Origin: Promethearchaeati archaeon
GTDB taxonomy: Archaea; Asgardarchaeota; Heimdallarchaeia; JABLTI01
DNA: 47,593 bases
Reading direction: 5' to 3'
Assembly: GCA_013166835.1 (NCBI GenBank)
Contig: JABLTI010000009.1
Coordinates: 1 to 47,593 of the forward strand
In this document: positions 9,677 to 19,516 of the stretch, piece after piece
Numbering within the stretch: the first letter of the stretch is position 1
Layout of the letters: each line of letters starts with the position of its first letter
Position numbers and translations under genes: made by a program
The notes under the pieces: model-generated
Told to the model about the DNA's origin: nothing
The model's database searches: none
Seen by the model: the letters and a program-made list of their open reading frames with translations, nothing else

Positions 9677-12052
9677 TTATTGTTCATATTCTTTATTTGA
9701 AATATCCACGAGTTTTTGGCTTTTCTTTACTCCTAATCCCTCTATTTTTTTCAATTCATCTTCTGATGCATTAGCGATTTTGCGTATGGATCCTAGGTTT
9801 TCAAGTAAACGAGTTGCTAATGTTCTATTAATACCTGGATAGGAACTAATGACCTGTATGGCATTTTCATTAGGATTTCCCATTTTCATCGATTTCCTAA
9901 TGAGTGGTTTTCTTTTCTTGGTTTTCTGTTCTCTAATAGCAATTCTCTTAATAATTGCTGCAGATTCTTCCGAATTTTGTGTCTGAATTATTGAAACCCC
10001 AAAATCAATTACAAATGAAGAGAGAGCTCCGGCTATTGCTTCAGGATGAATTCCTCCTGAAGGAAACCCTTCGAGAAGTAAAATTGGGATCTGATAAGCA
10101 TTAGTTAAAGAACCGAGCTGCTCGAATAACCGACCATCTATAATTGATGAGAGAAGGTCCTCACCTTTCTTGTATTCTAATGCTACACGATCACTTAAGA
10201 TATAATCTCCACAATCTACTTGCTTAAACTCTAATTCGATACCTTCCTTCTTCAAATAAAATAAAATTTTACTATTCTTCTCTCGGCTATCCACAATAAT
10301 TCTAACATTGTCTTTAGAGTTGTTTTTACTTTCTTCTTTTTCGTTTTCTTGTTCTTCCCATCTCTTCACATCATCAAGAGCAAGTTTGAAAGAAGTCAAT
10401 TTCTCAGGCATTTCTGTTGGTTCCTCTTGTTCTGGTTTGTTGTCATCAGTTGCAGATTCAATTTCCTCATTCTTTTCCTCTTCTATTGGAGCAAAAGCTC
10501 TGGAATCAACAGCTGGTTCCTTTCCTAATTCTTCCTTTAACCAACCAATGTCTTGTAGTAATTTGTTCATGTTTCTCTCTCGAGCATTTGAAATAAAATG
10601 AGCTGCAGTATCAGCTGTGTGGTGTGTGGTTAGAATTACGACTTTCCCTTTCTTCTTTCTTCCAGTTCTACCTGATCTTTGGATTTTACGAATAGCACTA
10701 GGGGTTCCATCATAAAAAATAACTAAATTGCATTCTTCAACATCTAAACCTTCTTCTAAAACACTAGTTGAAACTAAAACTGGAAATTCATCTCGTCTAA
10801 AAGCACTAAGTAAAGCAATTTGCTTCTTCTGACTTAAACCATCCTTTTGCCCTCGACCTTGCCCCACAAAAGGTTTAGCTTTTATCCCTCGCTCATCTAA
10901 TGCTTTACTTATTGCATAACACGTTGCTCTTAAATTGCAAAATATGAGCACTCTAGAATTAATTAAATCAACTGTATCAAGTATCTCTAGTAAATAGAGA
11001 AGTTTAGGATGAATAACTCCTCGTTCTTTTAAAAGCTCAATTTTCTCAACCATTTCACTGAATTCTGAAACTTTGAATAATCCTTTGATGCTTTTACTGT
11101 TTTTTTCCCGCCAATTATTGATAAGAGAATTAACGCTTGGAATACCTTGACTCTCAAGGGTCTCTCGGAGAATTTGAATATAAACAAGACGATTACAAGC
11201 CATCATTTCAAGATAATTGGCTCTAAAATTTTTGGAAAGTTCCTTCTTTATTCTAAGCAACTCCCCTTTGTATAAGAATTGAAATTTCTTCTCCGTTAAT
11301 CCTTTCGTTCGTAAGAAACTGACTTCTCTTTCACCAAGCACATTTATTGTAAAAAGAATCTCTTCAAATTCTAAGGGAAGAGGAATTTCGATTCGTTCCA
11401 TGTCAACATTGTGGATGTATTTTCTCACTTCGGGATCATTTTTCGGTCGACTTTCTATAGCTTCAATGAATAAATTTTGACAGATTTCAAGGATATCTTC
11501 TTTATTTGTTCCCGGTGATGCAGTGAGGGCAATTATCCGAGTTTCTGGATTCTTATCATGAATAATGTCTGCAATATGTACGTAATCATACTCTCCTCTT
11601 GCACGATGAGCTTCATCGAAATAAACCAACTTGCATTTAGCAGGATCAAGATGTCCATGAATTATATCATTTCTCACAGTTTGTGGGGTAGCAATAATAA
11701 TTGTAGCATTTCGAATCATCAGTTTTCTATTTTGAGGAGTTATTGCTCCAGAAAGCTCTACGATTTTTTCAGCAGGAATATTGAGAAATGTTCTGAAGGA
11801 TTTAACGTGTTGATTAATGAGGGGTTTTGTAGGTGCCAATATTAGAATAAATTCTCCGTCACCAATGAAATATTGCTTCTGAAGAAGATAAGCAATATGG
11901 AGTATTGAAATAATTGTTTTTCCAGTTCCTGTGGGTAAAACAACAAGAGTATTCTTGGTAATGCATGTGTTTAGAATAGTTTGTTGAAAAAGTCTAGGTT
12001 CAATACCTTTTCGCAAATAAGGATGTTGTATAATCTCTTCTGCTGATGTCAC
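9677..12052 (-). CDS. hef: Hef helicase-associated endonuclease (FANCM-like SF2 helicase + ERCC4 nuclease + HhH)
   Basis: LPTGTGKT, DEAH, TASPG, QRSGRTGR; VDSRE, GDY, EYKxxxD nuclease motifs; C-terminal HhH IEGLGVKKS; GTG start. Confidence 0.95.
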   Translation of the reverse strand: MTSAEEIIQHPYLRKGIEPRLFQQTILNTCITKNTLVVLPTGTGKTIISILHIAYLLQKQYFIGDGEFILILAPTKPLINQHVKSFRTFLNIPAEKIVELSGAITPQNRKLMIRNATIIIATPQTVRNDIIHGHLDPAKCKLVYFDEAHRARGEYDYVHIADIIHDKNPETRIIALTASPGTNKEDILEICQNLFIEAIESRPKNDPEVRKYIHNVDMERIEIPLPLEFEEILFTINVLGEREVSFLRTKGLTEKKFQFLYKGELLRIKKELSKNFRANYLEMMACNRLVYIQILRETLESQGIPSVNSLINNWREKNSKSIKGLFKVSEFSEMVEKIELLKERGVIHPKLLYLLEILDTVDLINSRVLIFCNLRATCYAISKALDERGIKAKPFVGQGRGQKDGLSQKKQIALLSAFRRDEFPVLVSTSVLEEGLDVEECNLVIFYDGTPSAIRKIQRSGRTGRKKKGKVVILTTHHTADTAAHFISNARERNMNKLLQDIGWLKEELGKEPAVDSRAFAPIEEEKNEEIESATDDNKPEQEEPTEMPEKLTSFKLALDDVKRWEEQENEKEESKNNSKDNVRIIVDSREKNSKILFYLKKEGIELEFKQVDCGDYILSDRVALEYKKGEDLLSSIIDGRLFEQLGSLTNAYQIPILLLEGFPSGGIHPEAIAGALSSFVIDFGVSIIQTQNSEESAAIIKRIAIREQKTKKRKPLIRKSMKMGNPNENAIQVISSYPGINRTLATRLLENLGSIRKIANASEDELKKIEGLGVKKSQKLVDISNKEYEQ

Positions 12053-12104
12053 TTATTTCCTCTCAAGAAAGTCTTTCCTTACAATAAAATACTCTGTATT
12101 AATG

Positions 12105-12122
12105 TATTAAAACAGCTAAATT
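12105..12122 (-). promoter_or_regulatory. hef promoter with shared ATTTAGCT motif and TATA
   Basis: Minus strand reads AATTTAGCTGTTTTAATA about 53 nt upstream of the hef start. Confidence 0.55.
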
Positions 12123-12146
12123 TCAACTCGAGAGGATAATTTTTCA

Positions 12147-12164
12147 CATTTAGCTACTTTTAAA
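12147..12164 (+). promoter_or_regulatory. Promoter of the HerA-like gene with shared CATTTAG motif and TATA
   Basis: CATTTAGCTACTTTTAAA upstream of 12199. Confidence 0.6.
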
Positions 12165-12198
12165 CAATTTTTATTGAGAACTCATTGAGGCAGACTAC

Positions 12199-15100
12199 TT
12201 GATAGACCAGTCATCAACAAATAGTAGTGTAAATAGCATATTGGATTTTGAGATATATAAAAATAAAAAATCGAAAATGCATGAATCCATTCTAATTCAA
12301 CATTATCCGGATCAAGGTTTTTACATTGCACATATATATGCAATAATGATTGTTGATGAAAAGCAAGGAAATTACTCTACCCAAATAATTGATTTAAGAA
12401 GACGTTCTAAGAGAGAACAAAGAACTCCATTGAAAGTTATCGCAAATCAGAAAAGAGGAAGCCTTTCTGTCATAAGATTTTTTGTTAAAAATCCTGCTGA
12501 AAAAACGTATGAAGAGAAACTGAAGGAAAAATATCCTGGGAAAAAACTGCCAAGAAGAAGAAAGTATTTTCCTCCTTTGATTCTTCTTATAGCTCATTAT
12601 TGTGATAAATTCTATTATCCTCAGGGTCTTTCGGAGGACGAAAATCCTTTGATTGTCCAGGAGTCATTACTTCATTTCGATGATATCATTCAAGATGATA
12701 TCCATCAAACATTACGATCAATTGGTAAACCACTCTATCTGAAAGGAGAAGAAATCTTGGTTGATTTCCATCAGATTAGAGAAGTGCCAGAACCTATTCT
12801 TAAGAAACTTTTAGAAGAAAAAAGATTAGGATCAACAACAAAACAACAAGAATACTCTATGTTAGTACCCGTAGTTAAAAACATGAGAAAGGAAATCAGT
12901 GAACAACAACCATTATTCAGTTCTAAAACAGATCCTCAAGCAATAACCCATGTGTTATCAACTAAGAACAACTTTCTACCACTACACAATGAACGATTCC
13001 CTGTAATTGTTGTTGGCGAACCAGAAGCAAGAAGAAGTTTAATTCTAAATATTCTCAGAAATGCAAATGCTAAATACCTTGTTTTTGATCCAAAGGAGAA
13101 TTACGGACAATTAGCTATGGCTAATCCAAGAGTTCGGGGATACCTGTTGGGTACAAATTATATGTTGAATATTATAAGCACAGAAGGAGAGAAGATAAGA
13201 GAACAAGTTTATGCTTATTGGTTTGCGAAAATAATAGCAGCTGTTTCCGGAATACGAACCGATCTCTCAAAAACGATTGAAACATATCTATTAGGAGCGT
13301 ATAGGGATCCAAGTAATCAAACCAGATCAGTTTTTCAATTCAAGGATTTTGCAAATCAAGAATTAACTTCTGAAGTAACAAAAATGAGCCGAAATGAATC
13401 AGTAACGATTGCGAATGTTTTGTATCCTTTGGGTACCTATGAGGAAATTTCTCTTTTTACTCGCATTGGACGTTCCTTATCCTTTGAATCTTTATTAGAT
13501 ACAAAGGGTTCCATTATTCAATTTGCTAAAAATGATGATCAATTAACAAAAATCGCTTATTTATTCACATTATTAAAACTCAGAGCAATGATAAACGATG
13601 AACCAAAAATAATCGTTCTTGAAAACCTAGACGAAATTATAGGTCAAAATACGAGAAATTGGCAAGATAATAATCTCTCAGATTTAATACTTGGATTGTC
13701 GGAAGATTTCCATATAGTAATTGGTGCTCGATCTCCTTCAAAAATTCAAGAACTCTTCAAAAACACTCAAGCCAAATTTATCAATAGGCTACAAGTGATG
13801 GCTGATAAGCATCTCCTAACAAATGAATATAACATTCCCAAGAAAGACATACAAAATATCAACAAACTCTCTGTGAGAGAATATCTTACACTAGTACCTG
13901 AATTTTCCAGTCCGAACTACATCAAGGTGGACTTCGAACCAGAAACGAAAATGAAATTAGAAGTTGATGATCTAATAAAAGAAAGTAATGTAAGAATAAT
14001 CCAATCCAAAGATTACCTTCGAAATGAAGGAATCTCTCCCGAAGTAAGGAAAACAATATTTGAGTTAATTAGAATTCTTAAAGAAAAACCCCGGAAAATC
14101 TTGCCAGAGGAAGGCATTGAAAAACTACTACCTGATAGTACAGAGACAGATGTTTTACGAGCAAAAGAAATCGCAAGAAATGAATCATTCATAAAAGTCA
14201 TTGTGAACTCACCAGATGATTCGGAGGAAGCCATTAACCTACTAAAACTAACTGAAAGAGGAGAAGAATACTACAAGAGCTATCTAAATCTAAAGAAGGA
14301 AATCCCACTAATATCTATAAAATCATTATCTGTTGAAAAGAATTTTCAAAATGACATATTTGCAAAATTAGAGAAAATCGATAAAATGTTTGATGTAGGT
14401 GAAAGCATTGTTGCTATGGATCTTATGCTAGAAGTAGCAATTCGGTTGCTTGGTGCTCTCCCAGAAGAAGATCGTTTCATAAATGGTAAAATTGCTGCAA
14501 AGCTTCTCGATCAGTGGTCCTACCTGACCTCATTAAAGGAAGTAGGAAATATTAGCAAAACAAAACGAATTCATCAAGAATTTTCTCAACTCGTAGCAAA
14601 CGCCTTGAAGTCAATTAAACATCGTTTACTACAGGAAACTTCTCAAATTGAGAAAAAGCAATTAGGGAAAGTTAGAAAACGGAATAAAAGAGAAAAATCA
14701 ACTGATAAAACTAAAAGTGAAACCCCTGAAGAAGAATTTGAATTTAGCTTTGATTTGAAAAAGGAACAAGAAGTCGCAGAGCAAATTGATCCCTGGGAAG
14801 AACAAGTAGAGGTTTCACAAAAAGATGATGAAAATGATAGCTTGTTTTTAGCAGCAGCTGATGATTTAAAATCTGCAGGATTACAACATTTGGATTCAAA
14901 AGGATCACTTTTCTCGCCCAAGAAGGGTAATATTTTCGATGAAGATCTTCTTGAAACCGAGAAAGATGAAGAAACAAATGAAACCTACGATCCCTTTAAA
15001 CCTGTAGATAAGGAAACAAAAACTAAAAATCAAAAAAAACAAAAAAAAAGTCTCGATCACCTAAAGAAAAAACTCTTGCTTGAAATCGCTAAAAAACTCG

Positions 15101-15348
15101 ATGTTCCTTCTCTTGAAGATGAAGATTTCATCTGGCATGTTTTAACAACTCGGTTTATTGGTAAAACAGATGATGGATATAGCATTTCTGAAATCGTTAC
15201 AATTCTTAAACAGCTATATGGAGATTTGGAAAATGGTGGAGTTATTTCTGAAAATCTAATAAAGAAATTGGAGAAACTTTTAGCAAAACCAAAACTAATG
15301 TCTGGTGGTTTAGTGCTGGATTTAAAACAATACGTGAGGGACCAATAG
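12199..15348 (+). CDS. HerA/VirB4/FtsK-superfamily ATPase-like protein with degenerate Walker motifs, wHTH and acidic C-terminal region
   Basis: VIVVGEPEARRS (decayed Walker A), LVFDPKENY (HerA/VirB4 hhDPkgEY), IIVLENLDEI (decayed Walker B), IVIGARSPSKI (like the xQxP motif); LKLTERGEEY wing motif. Confidence 0.7.
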   Translation: MIDQSSTNSSVNSILDFEIYKNKKSKMHESILIQHYPDQGFYIAHIYAIMIVDEKQGNYSTQIIDLRRRSKREQRTPLKVIANQKRGSLSVIRFFVKNPAEKTYEEKLKEKYPGKKLPRRRKYFPPLILLIAHYCDKFYYPQGLSEDENPLIVQESLLHFDDIIQDDIHQTLRSIGKPLYLKGEEILVDFHQIREVPEPILKKLLEEKRLGSTTKQQEYSMLVPVVKNMRKEISEQQPLFSSKTDPQAITHVLSTKNNFLPLHNERFPVIVVGEPEARRSLILNILRNANAKYLVFDPKENYGQLAMANPRVRGYLLGTNYMLNIISTEGEKIREQVYAYWFAKIIAAVSGIRTDLSKTIETYLLGAYRDPSNQTRSVFQFKDFANQELTSEVTKMSRNESVTIANVLYPLGTYEEISLFTRIGRSLSFESLLDTKGSIIQFAKNDDQLTKIAYLFTLLKLRAMINDEPKIIVLENLDEIIGQNTRNWQDNNLSDLILGLSEDFHIVIGARSPSKIQELFKNTQAKFINRLQVMADKHLLTNEYNIPKKDIQNINKLSVREYLTLVPEFSSPNYIKVDFEPETKMKLEVDDLIKESNVRIIQSKDYLRNEGISPEVRKTIFELIRILKEKPRKILPEEGIEKLLPDSTETDVLRAKEIARNESFIKVIVNSPDDSEEAINLLKLTERGEEYYKSYLNLKKEIPLISIKSLSVEKNFQNDIFAKLEKIDKMFDVGESIVAMDLMLEVAIRLLGALPEEDRFINGKIAAKLLDQWSYLTSLKEVGNISKTKRIHQEFSQLVANALKSIKHRLLQETSQIEKKQLGKVRKRNKREKSTDKTKSETPEEEFEFSFDLKKEQEVAEQIDPWEEQVEVSQKDDENDSLFLAAADDLKSAGLQHLDSKGSLFSPKKGNIFDEDLLETEKDEETNETYDPFKPVDKETKTKNQKKQKKSLDHLKKKLLLEIAKKLDVPSLEDEDFIWHVLTTRFIGKTDDGYSISEIVTILKQLYGDLENGGVISENLIKKLEKLLAKPKLMSGGLVLDLKQYVRDQ

Positions 15349-15353
15349 GTAAT

Positions 15354-15839
15354 TCACGTTTCATCTTCTTCTACGATCTTACTTTTGAGTAAACTAATAA
15401 TTGGATTAGCTATTATTGGGGGAATATCATAATCAATTGGACTAAGAACGGGTATGATTGATCCCAGATTTGTTATTCTGATAATTCCAATTCCATATAC
15501 TTTTGCCATAGAAATTTGTTCGGAATCTGTTGGATTATCATCATCAAATGGACAGGCCAAAAAAACTCTATGAGCAAAATCTCTGTATATTAGTGGATGA
15601 GTCACCCAGAGACCGTTTTCCACCTCAATAAAAGTAATTTTTCCATCTTTGTAAGCTGCTACATCAATCCTTACTTTTGAGATATCCCTATTTGTTAAAG
15701 CTTTAATATCAAATAATGAATTATTTAGAACTAATTCTTTCACAACGATATAACCTAATCTCTTGAGATGAACTGTGAGTATCTCTGCTATCTTCCTTTC
15801 AGAGAGGATTTTATTCTCCTGTTCTTTGTTAACAGTCAT
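15354..15839 (-). CDS. PD-(D/E)xK-fold nuclease-like protein (MmcB-like)
   Basis: SERKIAEIL...GYIVVKE...RIDVAAY...FIEVE, YRDFAHRVFLACP, YGIGII. Confidence 0.65.
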   Translation of the reverse strand: MTVNKEQENKILSERKIAEILTVHLKRLGYIVVKELVLNNSLFDIKALTNRDISKVRIDVAAYKDGKITFIEVENGLWVTHPLIYRDFAHRVFLACPFDDDNPTDSEQISMAKVYGIGIIRITNLGSIIPVLSPIDYDIPPIIANPIISLLKSKIVEEDET

Positions 15840-15902
15840 ACTCGAAACTTTCCACTTTAGAAATCACTTGCTGAATTATCATTATAAAACTACAATTAAC
15901 AT

Positions 15903-15920
15903 CATTTAGCTCTTTTAAAA
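15903..15920 (+). promoter_or_regulatory. Promoter with shared CATTTAG motif and TATA
   Basis: CATTTAGCTCTTTTAAAA upstream of 15996. Confidence 0.6.
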
Positions 15921-15995
15921 GAAAAATTCTGAAGATACAATTGAGTTAATTCGCTAACTCTGACAGAAGAATAAACATTCCAAATAATCGGATAA

Positions 15996-16823
15996 ATGAT
16001 GATTATAATGATAAATATAGGAATAGAACTTGTTAGCAGTACCAATGCCATGGTTTTAGAAAATTATCTAGATTGGTTAAAAAATATTCTAAAATTAACT
16101 GGCATGTCTATTAGTTCCATATTTCTTTTCTGTTTTGTCTTTTGGCTTGTTATGAACTTGATAATAATATTTCTAGCTGAGATTTTCCCATTTGTCAAGG
16201 GAATTATTAGAATTCTTGAATTTGTTCTAATTCCTGGATCACTTATGCATAATGTTTGGCATGTAATTGCTGCTAAGAGATTAAATCTTCCAACAGAGAC
16301 TGTAGTTAGTTTTGGTTATGGTTGGAGTCGAGTTGGAATAAAACTTACTGGAAGATTAAAGAATTTGCGTCAAGGGATCATTTTTTTCTGGGCTCCAATA
16401 ATGAATGTTCTTGTAATCACAATTTGGATAATCCCTGGAATAATTCTATTCCAATGGCTTGATACAATGATAAATAACACAGTATTCTATTGGATTTGGT
16501 TATATGTTTTGTTTTCCCTTGTTATTTTTGGTTTACCAGATGCTGCAGATTTACTAAATCCATTTCATATAACTGTTTCAAAAACACCAGAATTCTACTT
16601 ATTCGTAGTTTTTTATGTACTTATTGCACCTATTACCTTAGTTTTATGGGGTTACGGAATAACAATTATTTTCTCATTGATTTATGCTATAATCGCTTTC
16701 TATGAAGTCAGAAAAATAGCAAAGAAAGAAGAGAAACGTTTGGCTTTGAAATTCGATAAAACATTCAAGCAAATTGAATACAAGTATGTTGTTGTTCCCG
16801 AAAGTGAGTACCAAGAGATGTAA
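15996..16823 (+). CDS. Multi-TM membrane metalloprotease-like protein (M50B/DUF3267-like), HExxH changed to HNxxH
   Basis: IPGSLMHNVWHVIAAK matches the family PGxxxHExxH pattern with Glu->Asn; FWAP and GLPDAAD downstream; exact start codon uncertain. Confidence 0.6.
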   Translation: MMIIMINIGIELVSSTNAMVLENYLDWLKNILKLTGMSISSIFLFCFVFWLVMNLIIIFLAEIFPFVKGIIRILEFVLIPGSLMHNVWHVIAAKRLNLPTETVVSFGYGWSRVGIKLTGRLKNLRQGIIFFWAPIMNVLVITIWIIPGIILFQWLDTMINNTVFYWIWLYVLFSLVIFGLPDAADLLNPFHITVSKTPEFYLFVVFYVLIAPITLVLWGYGITIIFSLIYAIIAFYEVRKIAKKEEKRLALKFDKTFKQIEYKYVVVPESEYQEM

Positions 16824-16830
16824 TTCATAT

Positions 16831-17568
16831 CTATTTATTCTGGAATTCTGTGAAATCATACAGACTAACAAGATCTTTCTGCAACCTTCTAAGGAGAATA
16901 ATCGGCGCAACACGATCATTAGCAATATCCCTTGCAAATGCTATCATTAGAATTTCCAACTGCTTTAAAACATAGTCAGAATATCGAGGAGTAACTTCCA
17001 ACTGTGGTTTACCAGCTATAAGGTGAATCGTTCCGGTGTATGTTTTATCACAAATAATCTTTGTGACTTCCCAGAAAAGCTCCTCGGTAATCGCTAATCC
17101 TTCATCTTTGAGACGAGCTAGAATAGCTTCTATGAGTGGTTTTGTATTCATGAGTTTGTGAATCTCACCGAGAATTTTTGGATCTTCTGGAATGGTTTTA
17201 AGTAAACGATAATTGTTAAGAGCAATATATTTCGCATAAACAGGGTGTTGGGTAGGGATTGTATCAATCTTAGTTTTCATAGAGGAACCCACATACTCGC
17301 CATCATAGCTAAGATCAATCAAATGAATAGGACCGTTAAGGTACAAGAGATTTTTTCGTAAGAACATATTGACTGGAGCATAAATTTCATTATCACTCCA
17401 AATCTGAACATATTGTTCTTTGTTATAGGGGTCAACTAAAACTAAACGTAAATAGGGTTTCTTATTTTTGGCAACTAAATCTAGAGCATCCTTAAGAGTA
17501 GCAAATATATTGATATTACCAGGTTCTTTTAATTCTCTAAAAAACAAGATGGGTTCTTCTTCAGTCAA
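16831..17568 (-). CDS. Hypothetical protein with putative N-terminal OB fold
   Basis: AKNKKPYLRLVLVD...VQIW resembles the YhaM/DnaE-type OB-fold signature; GGAG SD upstream of TTG. Confidence 0.5.
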   Translation of the reverse strand: MTEEEPILFFRELKEPGNINIFATLKDALDLVAKNKKPYLRLVLVDPYNKEQYVQIWSDNEIYAPVNMFLRKNLLYLNGPIHLIDLSYDGEYVGSSMKTKIDTIPTQHPVYAKYIALNNYRLLKTIPEDPKILGEIHKLMNTKPLIEAILARLKDEGLAITEELFWEVTKIICDKTYTGTIHLIAGKPQLEVTPRYSDYVLKQLEILMIAFARDIANDRVAPIILLRRLQKDLVSLYDFTEFQNK

Positions 17569-17776
17569 GTATAAACTCTCCTAGCAAGACTATAATTCCA
17601 TATTTCTTATGTTTTTTTTGCTTTTTAGGCATTTTGTAGAAAAGCACCCCACGGGAAACTGTGGACGAATCCCAACTTAAAACTTCATTTGTTCTAAAAC
17701 CACTCGTAAGCTTTAAATATCAGTACAAATCAGCAGAAAACCAGAAAATAAAAACTATTCTTGGTGAGAACACTAA

Positions 17777-19417
17777 ATGTCTCAACAAAACATTCCTGTT
17801 ATATTACTAAAAGAGGGCACATCAAGAACCAGGGGAAAAGAAGCCCAAAAGAATAACATGCGAGCAGCAATGGCTATTGCAGAAGCAGTACGCTCAACTC
17901 TCGGTCCAAAAGGATCAGACAAGATGCTCGTGGATTCCCTAGGTGATGTCGTTATCACTAACGATGGTGCCACAATATTAGATGAAATAGATGTTGAACA
18001 TCCTGCAGCAAAATTGATGACTCAAATTGCTAAAACACAGGATGATCAAGTCGGAGATGGTACAACCTCTGCTGTCATTCTTGCTGGAGAACTCCTCAAG
18101 AATGCTGATGCTTTAATTGAATTAGGTATTCATCCTTCCATTATTATTTCTGGTTATAAGAAAGCAACCGAGAAAGCAAAAGAAATTTTAGAAAAGATTT
18201 CTATTGACATAGACACAGATGATAAAAAGACATTAGCGAAAGTTGCACAGACTGCCTTAAATAGTAAGGTTGTTGCTTCAGAGAAGGAATTAATATCTAA
18301 AATCAGTGTAGATGCAGTTTTGCAGATTACTGAGGATCGTAATGGAAAGAAGATTGCAGATCTTGATTGGATTAAAGTAGTCCAAAAAACTGGAAAATCA
18401 TTAAAAGATACTGAGTTAATTAAAGGAGTCTTACTTGACAAAGAGGTAGTTCATCCAGGTATGCCAAAATCAATCACTGGCGCAAAAATTGCTCTCATTG
18501 ATGATAACATTGAAATCCAAAAAACAGAGTTCAGTGCTGAAATTAAGATTGAAGAAACAAGTCAGATGCAAGCATTTCTAGATCGCGAAGAACAAATGAT
18601 CGAAGAAATGGTTGAAACAATTACCAAATCTGGCGCTAATGTTCTCATTTGTCAAAAAGGTATTGATGACCTTGCTCAACACTTCTTAGCTAAGAAAGGT
18701 GTTTTAGCAATCCGACGAGTAAAGAAAAGCGATATGGAGAAAATGGCTCGAGCAACAGACGGCAAAATTGTATCAACTCTTCATGATTTGAAGAAAGGCG
18801 ATCTTGGTTCTGCTGGAAAAGTTGAGCAAATAAAAATCGGTGACGATGATAATGTTCTCATTTCAGAAGCAAAGAATCCTCGTTCTGTAACTATTCTAAT
18901 TCGTGGTGGTAGTAAATATATCACTGATGAAGCAGAAAGAGCTCTTAAAGATTCACTTAGTGTAGTTAGAAACGTAGTTGAAGATGGAAAAGTCATTGCT
19001 GGCGGTGGAGCTTCTGAAGTGGAAATTGCTTTGGCTCTCCGAAGTCTTGCTGAAAGCATAGGCGGACGTGAGCAATTAGCAATTGAACGATTTGCAAATT
19101 CACTTGAAATCATACCAAAAACTTTAGCAGAGAACGCTGGTCTTGATGCAATAGACATTGTAACTGAGATTAGAGCCAAACATACTGGAGGAACCAGCTT
19201 TAAATTTGGTTTAGATCTTTTCAAAGCAAAAGTTACTGATATGGAAAAGGCTGGAATTCTAGAACCACTCAGAGTCAAATCACAAGCAATCAGATCTGCT
19301 TCTGAAGCATCTGAAATGATCTTGAGAATTGATGATGTTATTGCAGCTAAAGCTAAACCTGGTGGAATGCCTGGTGGAATGCCCGGCGGAATGCCTGGCG
19401 GAATGCCCCCAATGTAA
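17777..19417 (+). CDS. ths: Thermosome (group II chaperonin) subunit
   Basis: [40 protein letters not shown]; GGMP tail. Confidence 0.98.
   Translation: MSQQNIPVILLKEGTSRTRGKEAQKNNMRAAMAIAEAVRSTLGPKGSDKMLVDSLGDVVITNDGATILDEIDVEHPAAKLMTQIAKTQDDQVGDGTTSAVILAGELLKNADALIELGIHPSIIISGYKKATEKAKEILEKISIDIDTDDKKTLAKVAQTALNSKVVASEKELISKISVDAVLQITEDRNGKKIADLDWIKVVQKTGKSLKDTELIKGVLLDKEVVHPGMPKSITGAKIALIDDNIEIQKTEFSAEIKIEETSQMQAFLDREEQMIEEMVETITKSGANVLICQKGIDDLAQHFLAKKGVLAIRRVKKSDMEKMARATDGKIVSTLHDLKKGDLGSAGKVEQIKIGDDDNVLISEAKNPRSVTILIRGGSKYITDEAERALKDSLSVVRNVVEDGKVIAGGGASEVEIALALRSLAESIGGREQLAIERFANSLEIIPKTLAENAGLDAIDIVTEIRAKHTGGTSFKFGLDLFKAKVTDMEKAGILEPLRVKSQAIRSASEASEMILRIDDVIAAKAKPGGMPGGMPGGMPGGMPPM
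19358..19405 (+). repeat. 4 x 12-bp tandem repeat CCYGGYGGAATG encoding (PGGM)4 chaperonin tail
   Basis: cctggtggaatg cctggtggaatg cccggcggaatg cctggcggaatg. Confidence 0.95.
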
Positions 19418-19433
19418 AAGTAGTTTATTTTTC

Positions 19434-19470
19434 TGAGACCTTCTGGTCTCACTTCTTTGTTTTTTATTTT
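19434..19470 (+). terminator. Hairpin plus T-tract downstream of the thermosome gene
   Basis: TGAGACC-TTCT-GGTCTCA followed by a T-rich run. Confidence 0.5.
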
Positions 19471-19516
19471 CAAAATCAGCTAATTCTATTTATAAATGAA
19501 AGTAAAATAAAATGCA

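Noticed and set aside
17645-17675. Hammerhead ribozyme or SECIS suggested by the GAAA hairpin followed by GGACGAA
   Set aside because: No CUGANGA core upstream and no UGA-containing selenoprotein gene adjacent.
17782-19473. Antisense ORFs over the thermosome, and similar shadow ORFs over hef, nop5, mrp, cysS, cdc48 and the ABC genes
   Set aside because: They are opposite-strand or alternate-frame shadows of well-supported genes.
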